DNA from: an uncultured virus (IMG/VR IMGVR_UViG_3300032255_000165)
Taxonomy: Duplodnaviria; Heunggongvirae; Uroviricota; Caudoviricetes
DNA: 64,000 bases
Strand: one strand, 5' to 3'
Virus record (IMG/VR): IMGVR_UViG_3300032255_000165
Shown here piece by piece: positions 29,206 through 37,127 of this stretch (position 1 is the first letter of the stretch; every line of letters begins with the position of its first letter). Under the pieces are notes generated by a model that worked only from the letters and a program-made list of their open reading frames with translations, was not told where the DNA came from and made no database searches. Made by a program: the position numbers and the translations under genes.

Positions 29206-29817
29206 ATGACAGACAAAACCGCCGAAGATTTTAAAAACGCCATTAACGCGGCCTTGCCACAAGGTCCGGCCTTCCCCCGTGAAAACACACCCAACCGGGA
29301 TGGCATCATCACACCCATTGCCGAAGAATTGGCCACTGAATACGCCTTAACTAACAAAATGATTACAGAATCCAACCCGGCGACCACATCGGATTTATTA
29401 CCCGAATGGGAAACCGATCATGGTTTACCTGATTGCCCGGAATTTGCCCCGGTAACCACCGAAGACCGCCGCACGGCCTTGGTCGGAAAACTAACAGCCG
29501 TGCCAAGTTTAAACCCGGCCGCCATCGTTCAAATTAGTAAAAATTTAGGCTTTGATGTGGAAGTCATCGAACGCCGCCCGTTCCAATGCGGCATTTCAAA
29601 ATGTGGCGATGGCCAACACCAAACCACGTCGGCCAATAGCCGTTTTTGGCTGACAATAAAAGTTCTTGGTGACCGGGCCACACGGTTTAAATCCGGCGTT
29701 TCCCGGTGTGGTGAAAAACTTTTAACCATCACCCCGGCCAAAGCCTTGGAATGTAAAATTCCACAAATCAACCACGCCCATATCAAACTTTCATTTGCAT
29801 ATCAGGAAGGAATTTAA
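29206..29817 (+). CDS. Mu gp48-like (DUF2313/YmfQ) baseplate protein
   Basis: LPQGPAF, LLPEWE..GLPDC, LEC...HAH. Confidence 0.85.
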   Translation: MTDKTAEDFKNAINAALPQGPAFPRENTPNRDGIITPIAEELATEYALTNKMITESNPATTSDLLPEWETDHGLPDCPEFAPVTTEDRRTALVGKLTAVPSLNPAAIVQISKNLGFDVEVIERRPFQCGISKCGDGQHQTTSANSRFWLTIKVLGDRATRFKSGVSRCGEKLLTITPAKALECKIPQINHAHIKLSFAYQEGI

Positions 29818-29819
29818 TT

Positions 29820-31019
29820 ATGAAATATAATCCACCCGTTGGCGGTGCCGCCAATGACCCATATATCACCGGCGACCCGGCCCAAGGCATCGAAGGTTCA
29901 GCCATCCCCGGCGAAGCTGTCGAAGTCCCCCAGCGTGAAATTGTAAACGTCATTACGACGGCTGGTCTAACACCCGATGCCGCCAACAACACGCAATTGG
30001 CCAGTGCTATTCAAAGTCTTATCGCCGCTGCTTTATCCGGTGTTTCCAAAGATAAAATCATTATTGAAAATGCCACTTTTGAAGCGTCCGTCACCGATGG
30101 AAAACCCGTTTATTTTGATGGCCCAAATTCTCGATTTGACGAGGCCGTGGCCGATGGAACCACCCTTAACCAAGCCATCGGTATTGCCGATGTAACGAAC
30201 GCCCAAGTTATTGCCTTTGGCGAAACCCCGGCGGGCCTTTTATCCGGCATGACACCGGGCGCAAAACAATATTTAGATGCCACAACACCCGGCGCAATCA
30301 CAGAAACCATCCCCGTCGATATTGTTAAAATCGGTATCGCCAAATCAGCCACCGTTTTATATGTCGATATTGATGCTTTGGCGAATGCCGGTGGTGTGTT
30401 GCAGTCGGTTAAAGTGTTTACGGCTTCCGGTACATGGAACAAAGACGCCGGAACCACAAAAATCGAAGTCGAAGTTAAAGCTGGCGGTGGTGGCGGTGGT
30501 GGTGGCTATCCTGATTATCATGTCGGTGCCGGTGGCGGCGAAGGAGGAAAATCATCAAAAATCATTGACGTATCCGCTGTTTCAAGTGTTGCGGTAACAG
30601 TTGGCACAGGTGGTCTTGGTGGCTTGGGTGCTGACGCTGCTGGCGCGGGTGCAACGAATGGATCAGCAGGCGGTTCATCCTCATTTGGGGCTTATCTTAG
30701 CGCCACAGGTGGCGAAGGTGCAATCCGATCCGGAAGTGGTGACAGCGGTTGGCCCGTGAGTGGTGGTATAGGATCAGGCGGTGATTTGAACTTACGCGGC
30801 GCAAGTTCACAGCAAGCAAATCGCGACCTTGTTTCTGACAATGCTTCCGGTTCGGGTGCCGGTGAGGGTGGCGGTAAAGGCGTCTATGGGACCGCTGTTA
30901 CAGGTACCACAGGATTGAATGGCGGCGGCGGAGCCGGTGGATCATACGGTGCCAGTGGTGCCGGTGGAAACGGCGGCGTTGGCGGTGCCGGTTATATAAT
31001 TATTAGGGAGTATAAATAA
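29820..31019 (+). CDS. tail fibre protein with glycine-rich C-terminal domain
   Basis: QREIVNVI..AGLTP...TQL anchor; FTASGTW...GGGGGG domain. Confidence 0.8.
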   Translation: MKYNPPVGGAANDPYITGDPAQGIEGSAIPGEAVEVPQREIVNVITTAGLTPDAANNTQLASAIQSLIAAALSGVSKDKIIIENATFEASVTDGKPVYFDGPNSRFDEAVADGTTLNQAIGIADVTNAQVIAFGETPAGLLSGMTPGAKQYLDATTPGAITETIPVDIVKIGIAKSATVLYVDIDALANAGGVLQSVKVFTASGTWNKDAGTTKIEVEVKAGGGGGGGGYPDYHVGAGGGEGGKSSKIIDVSAVSSVAVTVGTGGLGGLGADAAGAGATNGSAGGSSSFGAYLSATGGEGAIRSGSGDSGWPVSGGIGSGGDLNLRGASSQQANRDLVSDNASGSGAGEGGGKGVYGTAVTGTTGLNGGGGAGGSYGASGAGGNGGVGGAGYIIIREYK

Positions 31020-31582
31020 TGATTTACGCAAGAATTGAAAACAGCAAAGTCGTTGAAATGATCAATGATCAAGGTGGCGATATTAACGCCCTGTTCACCG
31101 CTGAAATTGTCGCCACATTGGTGCCTGATGATGGCACCGCCATCATTGGTGGAACGTGGGATGGCACGGTTTTTTCGCCGCCCGCACCCGAAATCATCAC
31201 ACTAACTGAAACCCAAACCATGCTGAAAAATCGCATTGATTCCGATGCCGAAAAAGCCCGCCTTAAATTCATCACCGGTGGTGCAGGTCAGGCACTTATA
31301 TATGAACGTAAAAGATCAGAAGCCGAAAAATGGTTGGCAGCCACATCACCATCGGCCACCGACTATCCATTGATCAAAGCGCGGGCTGAACGCTTGAATG
31401 CCACAACGCCGGACTATGCGGCAGTTGCAACGGAATGGAAAACCTTGGCCGATGCATGGATGGGTGTGGCGGCTGCAATCGAAGACATTCGAGAAGGTGC
31501 CAAAGAAGCCGTTGATGCCGCAACAACGGCGGCCGATGCATTAACGGCCGCAAATAATCTAACTTGGCCATCGCCAACATAA
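31019..31582 (+). CDS. tail fibre assembly/chaperone-like protein
   Basis: ARIEN..VVE...IGGTWDG, then helical domain ending LTWP; follows the fibre gene. Confidence 0.72.
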   Translation: MIYARIENSKVVEMINDQGGDINALFTAEIVATLVPDDGTAIIGGTWDGTVFSPPAPEIITLTETQTMLKNRIDSDAEKARLKFITGGAGQALIYERKRSEAEKWLAATSPSATDYPLIKARAERLNATTPDYAAVATEWKTLADAWMGVAAAIEDIREGAKEAVDAATTAADALTAANNLTWPSPT

Positions 31583-31593
31583 GGATAAATGAA

Positions 31594-31761
31594 ATGCAAA
31601 ACAAACCAACAGAAGACCAAATTAATGATGTTTTAAACAAGTGTTTGGACGCCGAAGAAAACGGTGAAACTGTATTCCCGGGCATGTCTTACGAACAAGG
31701 CGTGAAAGCGGGTATTGAATATGTAAGCGACACTGACAACCCACACCCGTTTGATGAATAA
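31594..31761 (+). CDS. small acidic hypothetical protein
   Basis: AAGGA RBS; FPGMSYEQGVKAGIEYV motif. Confidence 0.6.
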   Translation: MQNKPTEDQINDVLNKCLDAEENGETVFPGMSYEQGVKAGIEYVSDTDNPHPFDE

Positions 31762-31776
31762 CGAGGAGCAAATAAA

Positions 31777-32184
31777 ATGACTGAAAAACCATTATTCATA
31801 CCCTTAAAAGCAAAATGGTTCGAAGCCTTTGAACAGTGTAAAAAAACCATTGAATATCGCGTGTATGGCCCCCGATGGAATGAAAAAACATGCCGCCGTG
31901 GTCGGGCGGTTACGTTGTCATATGGCTATGGTAAAGCCCGCCGATTATATGGCGTTATTACCGGTTTTAAAGTTGTTGGCCCACAAGCAAATCCGGCCAT
32001 CCGCGAAACATTCCCAACCGGTGAACAGTTCGCGGCCATCTTCATTCATATTGATATGAAACATCTTAAAATTGATGGGGTCGCAACCACGCACGCCGTT
32101 GAACAAAAACCAAAACCCAAAACCCAAAACCAGCAAAAGGCTTTAAAGCATGGCGGAAAACTCAAAAATCGCATGGACAGATAA
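31777..32184 (+). CDS. ASCH-like domain protein
   Basis: LFIPLKAKWFEAF..KKTIEYR resembles the ASCH (G)xKxxExR motif; GAGGAG RBS. Confidence 0.6.
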   Translation: MTEKPLFIPLKAKWFEAFEQCKKTIEYRVYGPRWNEKTCRRGRAVTLSYGYGKARRLYGVITGFKVVGPQANPAIRETFPTGEQFAAIFIHIDMKHLKIDGVATTHAVEQKPKPKTQNQQKALKHGGKLKNRMDR

Positions 32185-32890
32185 CACGTTTAATCCGTGG
32201 GTCGGATGTCTTCGCGTGTCGCCGGGCTGTGATAATTGCTACGCCGCTGCGATAGACAAACGGTTTGGCGGGACGAGGTGGGATGGTGACGACTTGCCGG
32301 AACGGACCAGTGCCGCCAACTGGAAACTGCCATTAAGATGGAACCGGAAAGCTGAAAAATTGGGCATCCGCACGAAAGTTTTTTGCGCATCAATGGCCGA
32401 CGTATTCGACAACCGTGTTCCCGAGAAATGGCGCACCGATTTGTTTGAACTGATTAAGGCCACACCAAATCTGGACTGGATTATTTTAACAAAACGCATT
32501 GGCAATGTTAAAAAAATGCTGCCCGCCGACTGGGGCAGAGGTTACCAAAATGTATGGCTGCTGGTCACCGTCGTCAATCAGAAAGAAGCAGATCGGAACA
32601 TTCACAAGTTACTGGACACCCCCGCAAAAATTCGTGGACTATCTATTGAACCGCAACTTGAGGAAGTGAATTTAAATAAGTTTATAGCACATCTGGACTG
32701 GGTAATTTGCGGTGCTGAAAGCGGCCCGAACTGCCGCCCATTTGAACTTAATTGGGCACGCGCCTTGCGCGATCAATGTCAGGAAACTGGTACCGCCTTT
32801 TTCTACAAACAGATGATCAAAAACGGCAAGAAAATCGAAACCCCGGAATTGGACGATAAACGGTGGATGGAGATTCCCACCACCGCATAA
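32150..32890 (+). CDS. phage Gp37/Gp68 (DUF5131) family protein
   Basis: SKIAWTD.TFNPWVGC.RVSPGCDNCYA, FCASMADVF, LTKR, SIEP, DWVICGAESG, FFYKQ. Confidence 0.9.
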   Translation: MAENSKIAWTDNTFNPWVGCLRVSPGCDNCYAAAIDKRFGGTRWDGDDLPERTSAANWKLPLRWNRKAEKLGIRTKVFCASMADVFDNRVPEKWRTDLFELIKATPNLDWIILTKRIGNVKKMLPADWGRGYQNVWLLVTVVNQKEADRNIHKLLDTPAKIRGLSIEPQLEEVNLNKFIAHLDWVICGAESGPNCRPFELNWARALRDQCQETGTAFFYKQMIKNGKKIETPELDDKRWMEIPTTA

Positions 32891-32917
32891 AAAAAGGCCG
32901 GGATGCACCCCGACCTT
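32889..32917 (-). terminator. rho-independent terminator between convergent genes
   Basis: Minus strand reads AAGGTCGGGGTGCATCCCGGCCTTTTTTT. Confidence 0.7.
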
Positions 32918-32940
32918 GATTTTTACATTGTGAAGAATTG

Positions 32941-33423
32941 TTATTTAAAAACGGATGAAACGTCCATTGGTTCGGACATTAAGCCTTTTGGAAATGTTTC
33001 CATTTTGCAAAATTCTTGGGCATTAGGACCATAAGCATAAATGCCCGATGGCTTACCCTCAACACCTTGACCCAATGCAACGTACTCTTCACCATTCCAT
33101 TCGATAAATACACCAGAAACCCAACCAAAATCATTTAGTAATTCATTAACCCATAAATCATTCCCTAATTCACTAAGGTACAAGTTTTGATTGGCGGACC
33201 TGTCAATCTGCCATTTTAAACCGGGGCATGTATCAAATAGAAATTTAACGGCTTTGCGAACAATGGCCACCTTTTTATCTGAAAGCTTGGCATATTCTTC
33301 TTTGGCGACCATGCCTAACCCTTTTATGGGGTAATCATCCCCCGCTTTCAAAGGTGTATTATAGGTAACACTGGTCCCTAAAAGGAACAAAGAAACCAGA
33401 CTTGTTTTAACAATTGTATTCAT
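32941..33423 (-). CDS. secreted hypothetical protein (moron)
   Basis: Signal-peptide-like N-terminus; AAGG RBS; oriented opposite to the phage genes; own terminator. Confidence 0.7.
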   Translation of the reverse strand: MNTIVKTSLVSLFLLGTSVTYNTPLKAGDDYPIKGLGMVAKEEYAKLSDKKVAIVRKAVKFLFDTCPGLKWQIDRSANQNLYLSELGNDLWVNELLNDFGWVSGVFIEWNGEEYVALGQGVEGKPSGIYAYGPNAQEFCKMETFPKGLMSEPMDVSSVFK

Positions 33424-33697
33424 AATAACCTTTGAATTGTGGGTTGTTGTCTTGCTTGAACAAGTGAACTATAACCCATGACCACATATAAGGGAATGTT
33501 CAATAAAAATTAAATTTGAACACTGCAAACACAAATAATTAGTTTCAAGTTGTAGCCATTAACTTGAACCCCGAGCAAAATTTTAAAAACATTGTTTCAA
33601 GTTAGTGCAATGCGTTGAAATTGCATAACAATTCACGCCAAAATACTATTTTATGCAATACACAATTTAAATAAACTTGAAACAATTTAATTATCGT

Positions 33698-33791
33698 TTT
33701 TGAGGCTGTGTAAGCCTTTGCACATGAAAACCTAATAAAATTACGTCTCAAAAGGGGGCTGAAAAAGTCTCAAAACGCGCGCCCGGCCACA
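33698..33791 (+). repeat. Mu-like right end: R3 (inverted), R2, R1 transposase sites and terminal CA
   Basis: TTTTGAGGC 33698-33706 (inverted); GTCTCAAAA at 33745 and 33767 (22-bp period); ...CCACA at 33791. Confidence 0.72.
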
Positions 33792-33800
33792 GGGCTTAAT

Positions 33801-33980
33801 TGGTAGCGGAGGAGGGAGTTGTGAAAACAAACTAAAAAGTCTGTTTTCATCCTTTCAGGACCATCTCGCAGGCTCGATGTCTAAAAACGCCTCGCGCCGT
33901 TTTTCCGAACCACGGTGCCCTCGCCCGATCCCCCTCACCAACAAAAAAGCCCTACCAGCTTCGCCGGGGGGCTTGTTTAT
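33801..33980 (-). repeat. 180-bp tRNA-linked repeat unit carrying a 17-bp copy of the tRNA-Met 3' end
   Basis: TGGTAGCGGAGGAGGGA at 33801 and at 33981, exactly 180 bp apart; terminator hairpin at 33943-33974. Confidence 0.6.
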
Positions 33981-34025
33981 TGGTAGCGGAGGAGGGACTC
34001 GAACCCCCGACACGCGGATTATGAT
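33981..34025 (-). tRNA. 3' half of tRNA-Met(CAT): att-site fragment, not a complete gene
   Basis: Minus strand ATCATAATCCGCGTGTCGGGGGTTCGAGTCCCTCCTCCGCTACCA gives anticodon CAT, T-arm and CCA; 5' half absent. Confidence 0.88.
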
Positions 34026-34122
34026 ACGGATGTTATTTATTCAGTATCAATATGTTAGTTTGGAAAACTTTTTCTGATTTCATGTGTTATACTGCTAGTT
34101 ATCGTCATTTTGGAAAACTTTT

Positions 34123-34659
34123 ATGCAAGCCCTTACCTTGTTAATTTTTACGACCATATTTGTTGGTCTGACGGCCAACGGACCTGCAATGGCGCAATCG
34201 AAACCGGCGACGATCGCAGGCCAAGCCTGCGCGATCGATGGGGACAGTCTGGTGATTGGACCGGACGGGCCGAAGAAGAATGGCCGCTGTTCCCGGCAAG
34301 GGATCGAGGTTCGCCTTTCCGGGGTAGATGCGCCGGAGTGGTCGCAAACTTGCAAAGATCAGGACGACAACGACTGGCCGTGCGGGCAGGTTGCCGCGGC
34401 ACGTTTAAAGGCGCTGATCAACGGCAGGCATGCGACCTGTCAGGTCGTAACCAGAGGCCGTTATAAAAGAGCCATATCGGTGTGCCTGTCGGGTGGTGAA
34501 GACGTTGGCCGGGTGATGGTCCGGGAAGGACTGGCCGTGGCCTATCGCCGGTATTCAAAACGGTACGTGACCGCCGAAGACGCCGCCAAGGCCGCCGGGC
34601 TGGGCATATGGGGCGGTACATTTACGCGCCCGGAACAATATAGGCGTGAGAAAAAATAA
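34123..34659 (+). CDS. secreted thermonuclease (SNase-like) family protein
   Basis: Signal peptide; IDGDSL, VRLSGVDAPE, WPCG, MVREGLAVAY, GIWGG. Confidence 0.88.
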   Translation: MQALTLLIFTTIFVGLTANGPAMAQSKPATIAGQACAIDGDSLVIGPDGPKKNGRCSRQGIEVRLSGVDAPEWSQTCKDQDDNDWPCGQVAAARLKALINGRHATCQVVTRGRYKRAISVCLSGGEDVGRVMVREGLAVAYRRYSKRYVTAEDAAKAAGLGIWGGTFTRPEQYRREKK

Positions 34660-34662
34660 AAT

Positions 34663-34746
34663 TAACCCTTCATCCTTGCCGCGGGATCCGGCGCTGGAGC
34701 CAAAATAGTGGGCGACGACGCGTGTGGTAGAGCCACCCAGCAATCC
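34663..34746 (-). pseudogene. remnant 3' end of a holin allele
   Basis: Encodes LGGSTTRVVAHYFGSSAGSRGK, versus LGGSATSVVAYYFGSSAGSRGK in the intact gene at 36237-36737. Confidence 0.8.
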
Positions 34747-34868
34747 TATTCCGAAAGTTATCCACAGGGAGGCCGGGTAAAAAGAGACCAAAACCAAGAC
34801 CTACAACATGTTGTGTGGATAATGGGGGAGAACATAGGGATAACCACAACTTATTGATTATTTCAACG

Positions 34869-34897
34869 TTGATGATGTTATCGCTTTGATGTATATT
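34869..34897 (+). promoter_or_regulatory. putative sigma70 promoter of DUF3892 cassette 1
   Basis: TTGATG-N17-TATATT; upstream DnaA boxes and palindromes. Confidence 0.5.
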
Positions 34898-35065
34898 AAA
34901 TTTGACGAAATAAAAAAAGCCGGGGTTGCAGCCCCGACTTTTAAGAATTCCTTCCGCAATTTTTGCGTCGTCCGCGGATAGAGAAAAGTATTGTACTCTT
35001 TTATTGCATTACCGCGATTCTTCGTCAAGGGCGACGTTCCAACTTTTTAAGTAGGAGTTAAACTC

Positions 35066-35296
35066 ATGAAGAAGACGGTTATAGATGCCCAAGCAGACAG
35101 CAAAGGCAATATCACTAAAGTTCGTTTTAAAGGCAATGTAGGCTTTACCCCGCTTAAAACAGCCATGGATATGGCAGATCGCGGTGAAATCAAAAATGCC
35201 CATTCGGTACGGCCATCACATGCCAAACCGCATTTACGAACAAACCCGGATAATCAACACAACAACAATCTGGATCATATGGCGGGCGACGACTAA
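35066..35296 (+). CDS. DUF3892-like small protein
   Basis: GNITKV...A...GEI...HLRTNPD...NNLD; strong AGGAG RBS. Confidence 0.72.
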   Translation: MKKTVIDAQADSKGNITKVRFKGNVGFTPLKTAMDMADRGEIKNAHSVRPSHAKPHLRTNPDNQHNNNLDHMAGDD

Positions 35297-35313
35297 TCGC
35301 CAATCTATAAATA

Positions 35314-35358
35314 GAATTCGGCTCTGTCATCATATAAATGGAGATGGAGCCGAATTTT
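35314..35358 (+). terminator. stem-loop between DUF3892-like gene and membrane protein gene
   Basis: AATTCGGCTC...GAGCCGAATT inverted repeat. Confidence 0.6.
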
Positions 35359-35385
35359 GATTATCCCAATTAAAACTTAGAGTTT

Positions 35386-36240
35386 ATGATGACTGATTTA
35401 ACAAAAACAATAAAATTAAAAAACACAGATAAAGCCCGTGCTGTTTTTCAAAAAACCATCACAAGCGATGAATACTTTAATGAAAATTTTGTTCGACAAA
35501 TTGATCAGCGATACCGGGAATTAAACACCTTTCGCGGAAATTTAACCAAATTTAATATTATTATTATTTTAGCTTTGTTGGCTAACCTTGCGACTGAAGA
35601 TTTTTCCGTTCCAATTATTCAGATGACAGTACAAAAAATTGATCAGTTCAAAGAATATTTGCTGTTATTTTCTTCCTTGATTGGAATTATTATTCGCTCA
35701 ATTCAGCTATATCAAGAACGATTGATACAAGTAATTGATGCCTGGGGAGAAGTAAAATTTAAAAATAAACACCTGAGAGGGCTTGCAAAATTATCATTCT
35801 CTGCTGGCGGAGTAAAAAGCTTCTTTAATATTGTATCCATGCCAAACCCTGATGGCATTCATATGGGAAAAGCCGCTTCGGTTTATGAAGTCATTTGGTT
35901 CACAATTTCCATTTTACTTATTTTATTCGCATCCATAACAATATTTATCATTCATATTATACTCATCATCGATATAATCAAAAATCCAAATTTATCATGG
36001 TGGGCAATGAGCATCCTACTCTTTATTATTATTCTGGTTGATATTTTGACTTGCATCAGCCTTATAACTGAATCAATTCCATTAAAATATATAGATTATC
36101 GTTTACTCAATCACTTGAATTATTTGCTAATTAATGATCCTGAAAACCATCAAAAATGGCACGAACGATTAGCAAAAGGTGAAGACATGTGGCCGCATGT
36201 GCCGGGGGTGGATAACAAGGATAACAAGAAGAAAAGCTAA
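35386..36240 (+). CDS. AT-rich multi-pass (about 4 TM) membrane protein
   Basis: Hydrophobic segments in two pairs; low GC; stop overlaps the holin stop. Confidence 0.75.
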   Translation: MMTDLTKTIKLKNTDKARAVFQKTITSDEYFNENFVRQIDQRYRELNTFRGNLTKFNIIIILALLANLATEDFSVPIIQMTVQKIDQFKEYLLLFSSLIGIIIRSIQLYQERLIQVIDAWGEVKFKNKHLRGLAKLSFSAGGVKSFFNIVSMPNPDGIHMGKAASVYEVIWFTISILLILFASITIFIIHIILIIDIIKNPNLSWWAMSILLFIIILVDILTCISLITESIPLKYIDYRLLNHLNYLLINDPENHQKWHERLAKGEDMWPHVPGVDNKDNKKKS

Positions 36241-36737
36241 CCCTTCATCTTTGCCAACAAGCCGTCTTTGCCGCGCGATCCGGCGCTGGAGCCGAAATAA
36301 TAAGCCACCACGGATGTCGCCGATCCACCCAACCAGCCGACGGCCAGATTGACGAAATCCATGCGGCCATCGATGACGCCGCTTGGCAGGAACGTCACCA
36401 CCCCGATATAACCGAAAAACGAAACCAATGTGATCACCGCCAGAATTGTCGGGGTATATCCGCCCACCGTCATTTCCCGTTTGCGGGCGCTGTCACGGTC
36501 ATTGGCATGAACGCGCAAGGTTTCCAGTTCAACTTCGCGGATGCGCATTTCAAGCTGGGCCATCAGGTCCGGGTTGGATTGCAACAGTTCCAGCGCCTTG
36601 TCCTGATCGTCTTCGCCGGTAATCGTTGCCACCAGCGTTTTCACGCCCAGCCCCAGTGCACCGCCAACCGGACCGCCCAAAGCCGTGCCGATGGTTGGCG
36701 ACAGTTTGCCAAGAACTTTTAAAAAATCATCCATCAT
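36237..36737 (-). CDS. holin-like protein (3TM-holin-type phage family)
   Basis: PTIGTALGGPVGG, DRDSARKRE, two TMs, YYFGSSAGS. Confidence 0.75.
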   Translation of the reverse strand: MMDDFLKVLGKLSPTIGTALGGPVGGALGLGVKTLVATITGEDDQDKALELLQSNPDLMAQLEMRIREVELETLRVHANDRDSARKREMTVGGYTPTILAVITLVSFFGYIGVVTFLPSGVIDGRMDFVNLAVGWLGGSATSVVAYYFGSSAGSRGKDGLLAKMKG

Positions 36738-36836
36738 TATCCCCTTTTAAAAAATATTTTCTATCCCACTTGCGAAATTTGATTTCGATTACTACCTATG
36801 GACTCCTGAAACCATAATTTTATTAAGGACTTTAAA

Positions 36837-37127
36837 ATGGCAACATCTATTGAAATAAAATGCATTAACAAGTCAGATCGACAAAATGCACATGAACGTA
36901 TTCAATTTATTGGCGGGACAAATGCCGACGGCACTCGCTGGAAAATAAGCCAAAAAGATGCCATCGACAGAATTGAAAGTGGGACAAATGCATTTCATGT
37001 TGGCAATACAATACTGACCAAAGTCAAGGTTATTGTCTCGACCAGCGCGGCCGGAAACAAATACATCAAGACCGAGAATGACGGCGAACAGCCAAACAAT
37101 CTTCTAAGCCTGCCAGAGTGCCCATGA
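36837..37127 (+). CDS. DUF3892 domain protein
   Basis: IKCINK...HERI..IGG...AIDRIE...[25 protein letters not shown]. Confidence 0.82.
   Translation: MATSIEIKCINKSDRQNAHERIQFIGGTNADGTRWKISQKDAIDRIESGTNAFHVGNTILTKVKVIVSTSAAGNKYIKTENDGEQPNNLLSLPECP

Larger units (their letters stand above)
1..33791 (+). mobile_element. Mu-like transposable prophage (left end and repressor outside window)
   Basis: Mu-type gene order: ner, DDE transposase, AAA ATPase, gemA, mor, lysis, DUF1804, terminase, DUF935 portal, MuF, protease, capsid, sheath, tube, TMP, gp43-48, fibre. Terminal repeats and ...CCACA end at 33791. Confidence 0.95.

Noticed and set aside
30480..30990. GGY-rich tandem DNA repeats in fibre genes (also 39720-40260)
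   Set aside because: Explained by glycine-rich coding sequence
20280..31582. Tailocin, eCIS or gene transfer agent
   Set aside because: Both tail modules come with complete head, packaging and replication genes, so they are bona fide prophages
33801..33997. CRISPR-like or mini-array of TGGTAGCGGAGGAGGGA
   Set aside because: Only two copies, 180 bp apart, both explained as tRNA 3' ends; no cas genes
33981..34057. Complete tRNA-Met gene
   Set aside because: tRNA similarity stops at the anticodon loop (34025); no D-arm or 5' acceptor strand
33877..34077. 66-aa ORF at the junction
   Set aside because: Antisense translation of the tRNA fragment and terminator
34110..34466. Alternative-frame ORF in the thermonuclease gene
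   Set aside because: No RBS or recognisable motif; locally GC-rich shadow ORF
34555..34797. 80-aa minus ORF as a second holin
   Set aside because: Only the middle matches the holin 3' end; it is frameshifted by a deletion and runs antisense into the nuclease gene
32889..34942. Similar hairpins GCCGGG..TGCA.CCCCGAC at 32889 and 34912 as a REP/MITE family
   Set aside because: Only two short imperfect copies, each explicable as a minus-strand terminator
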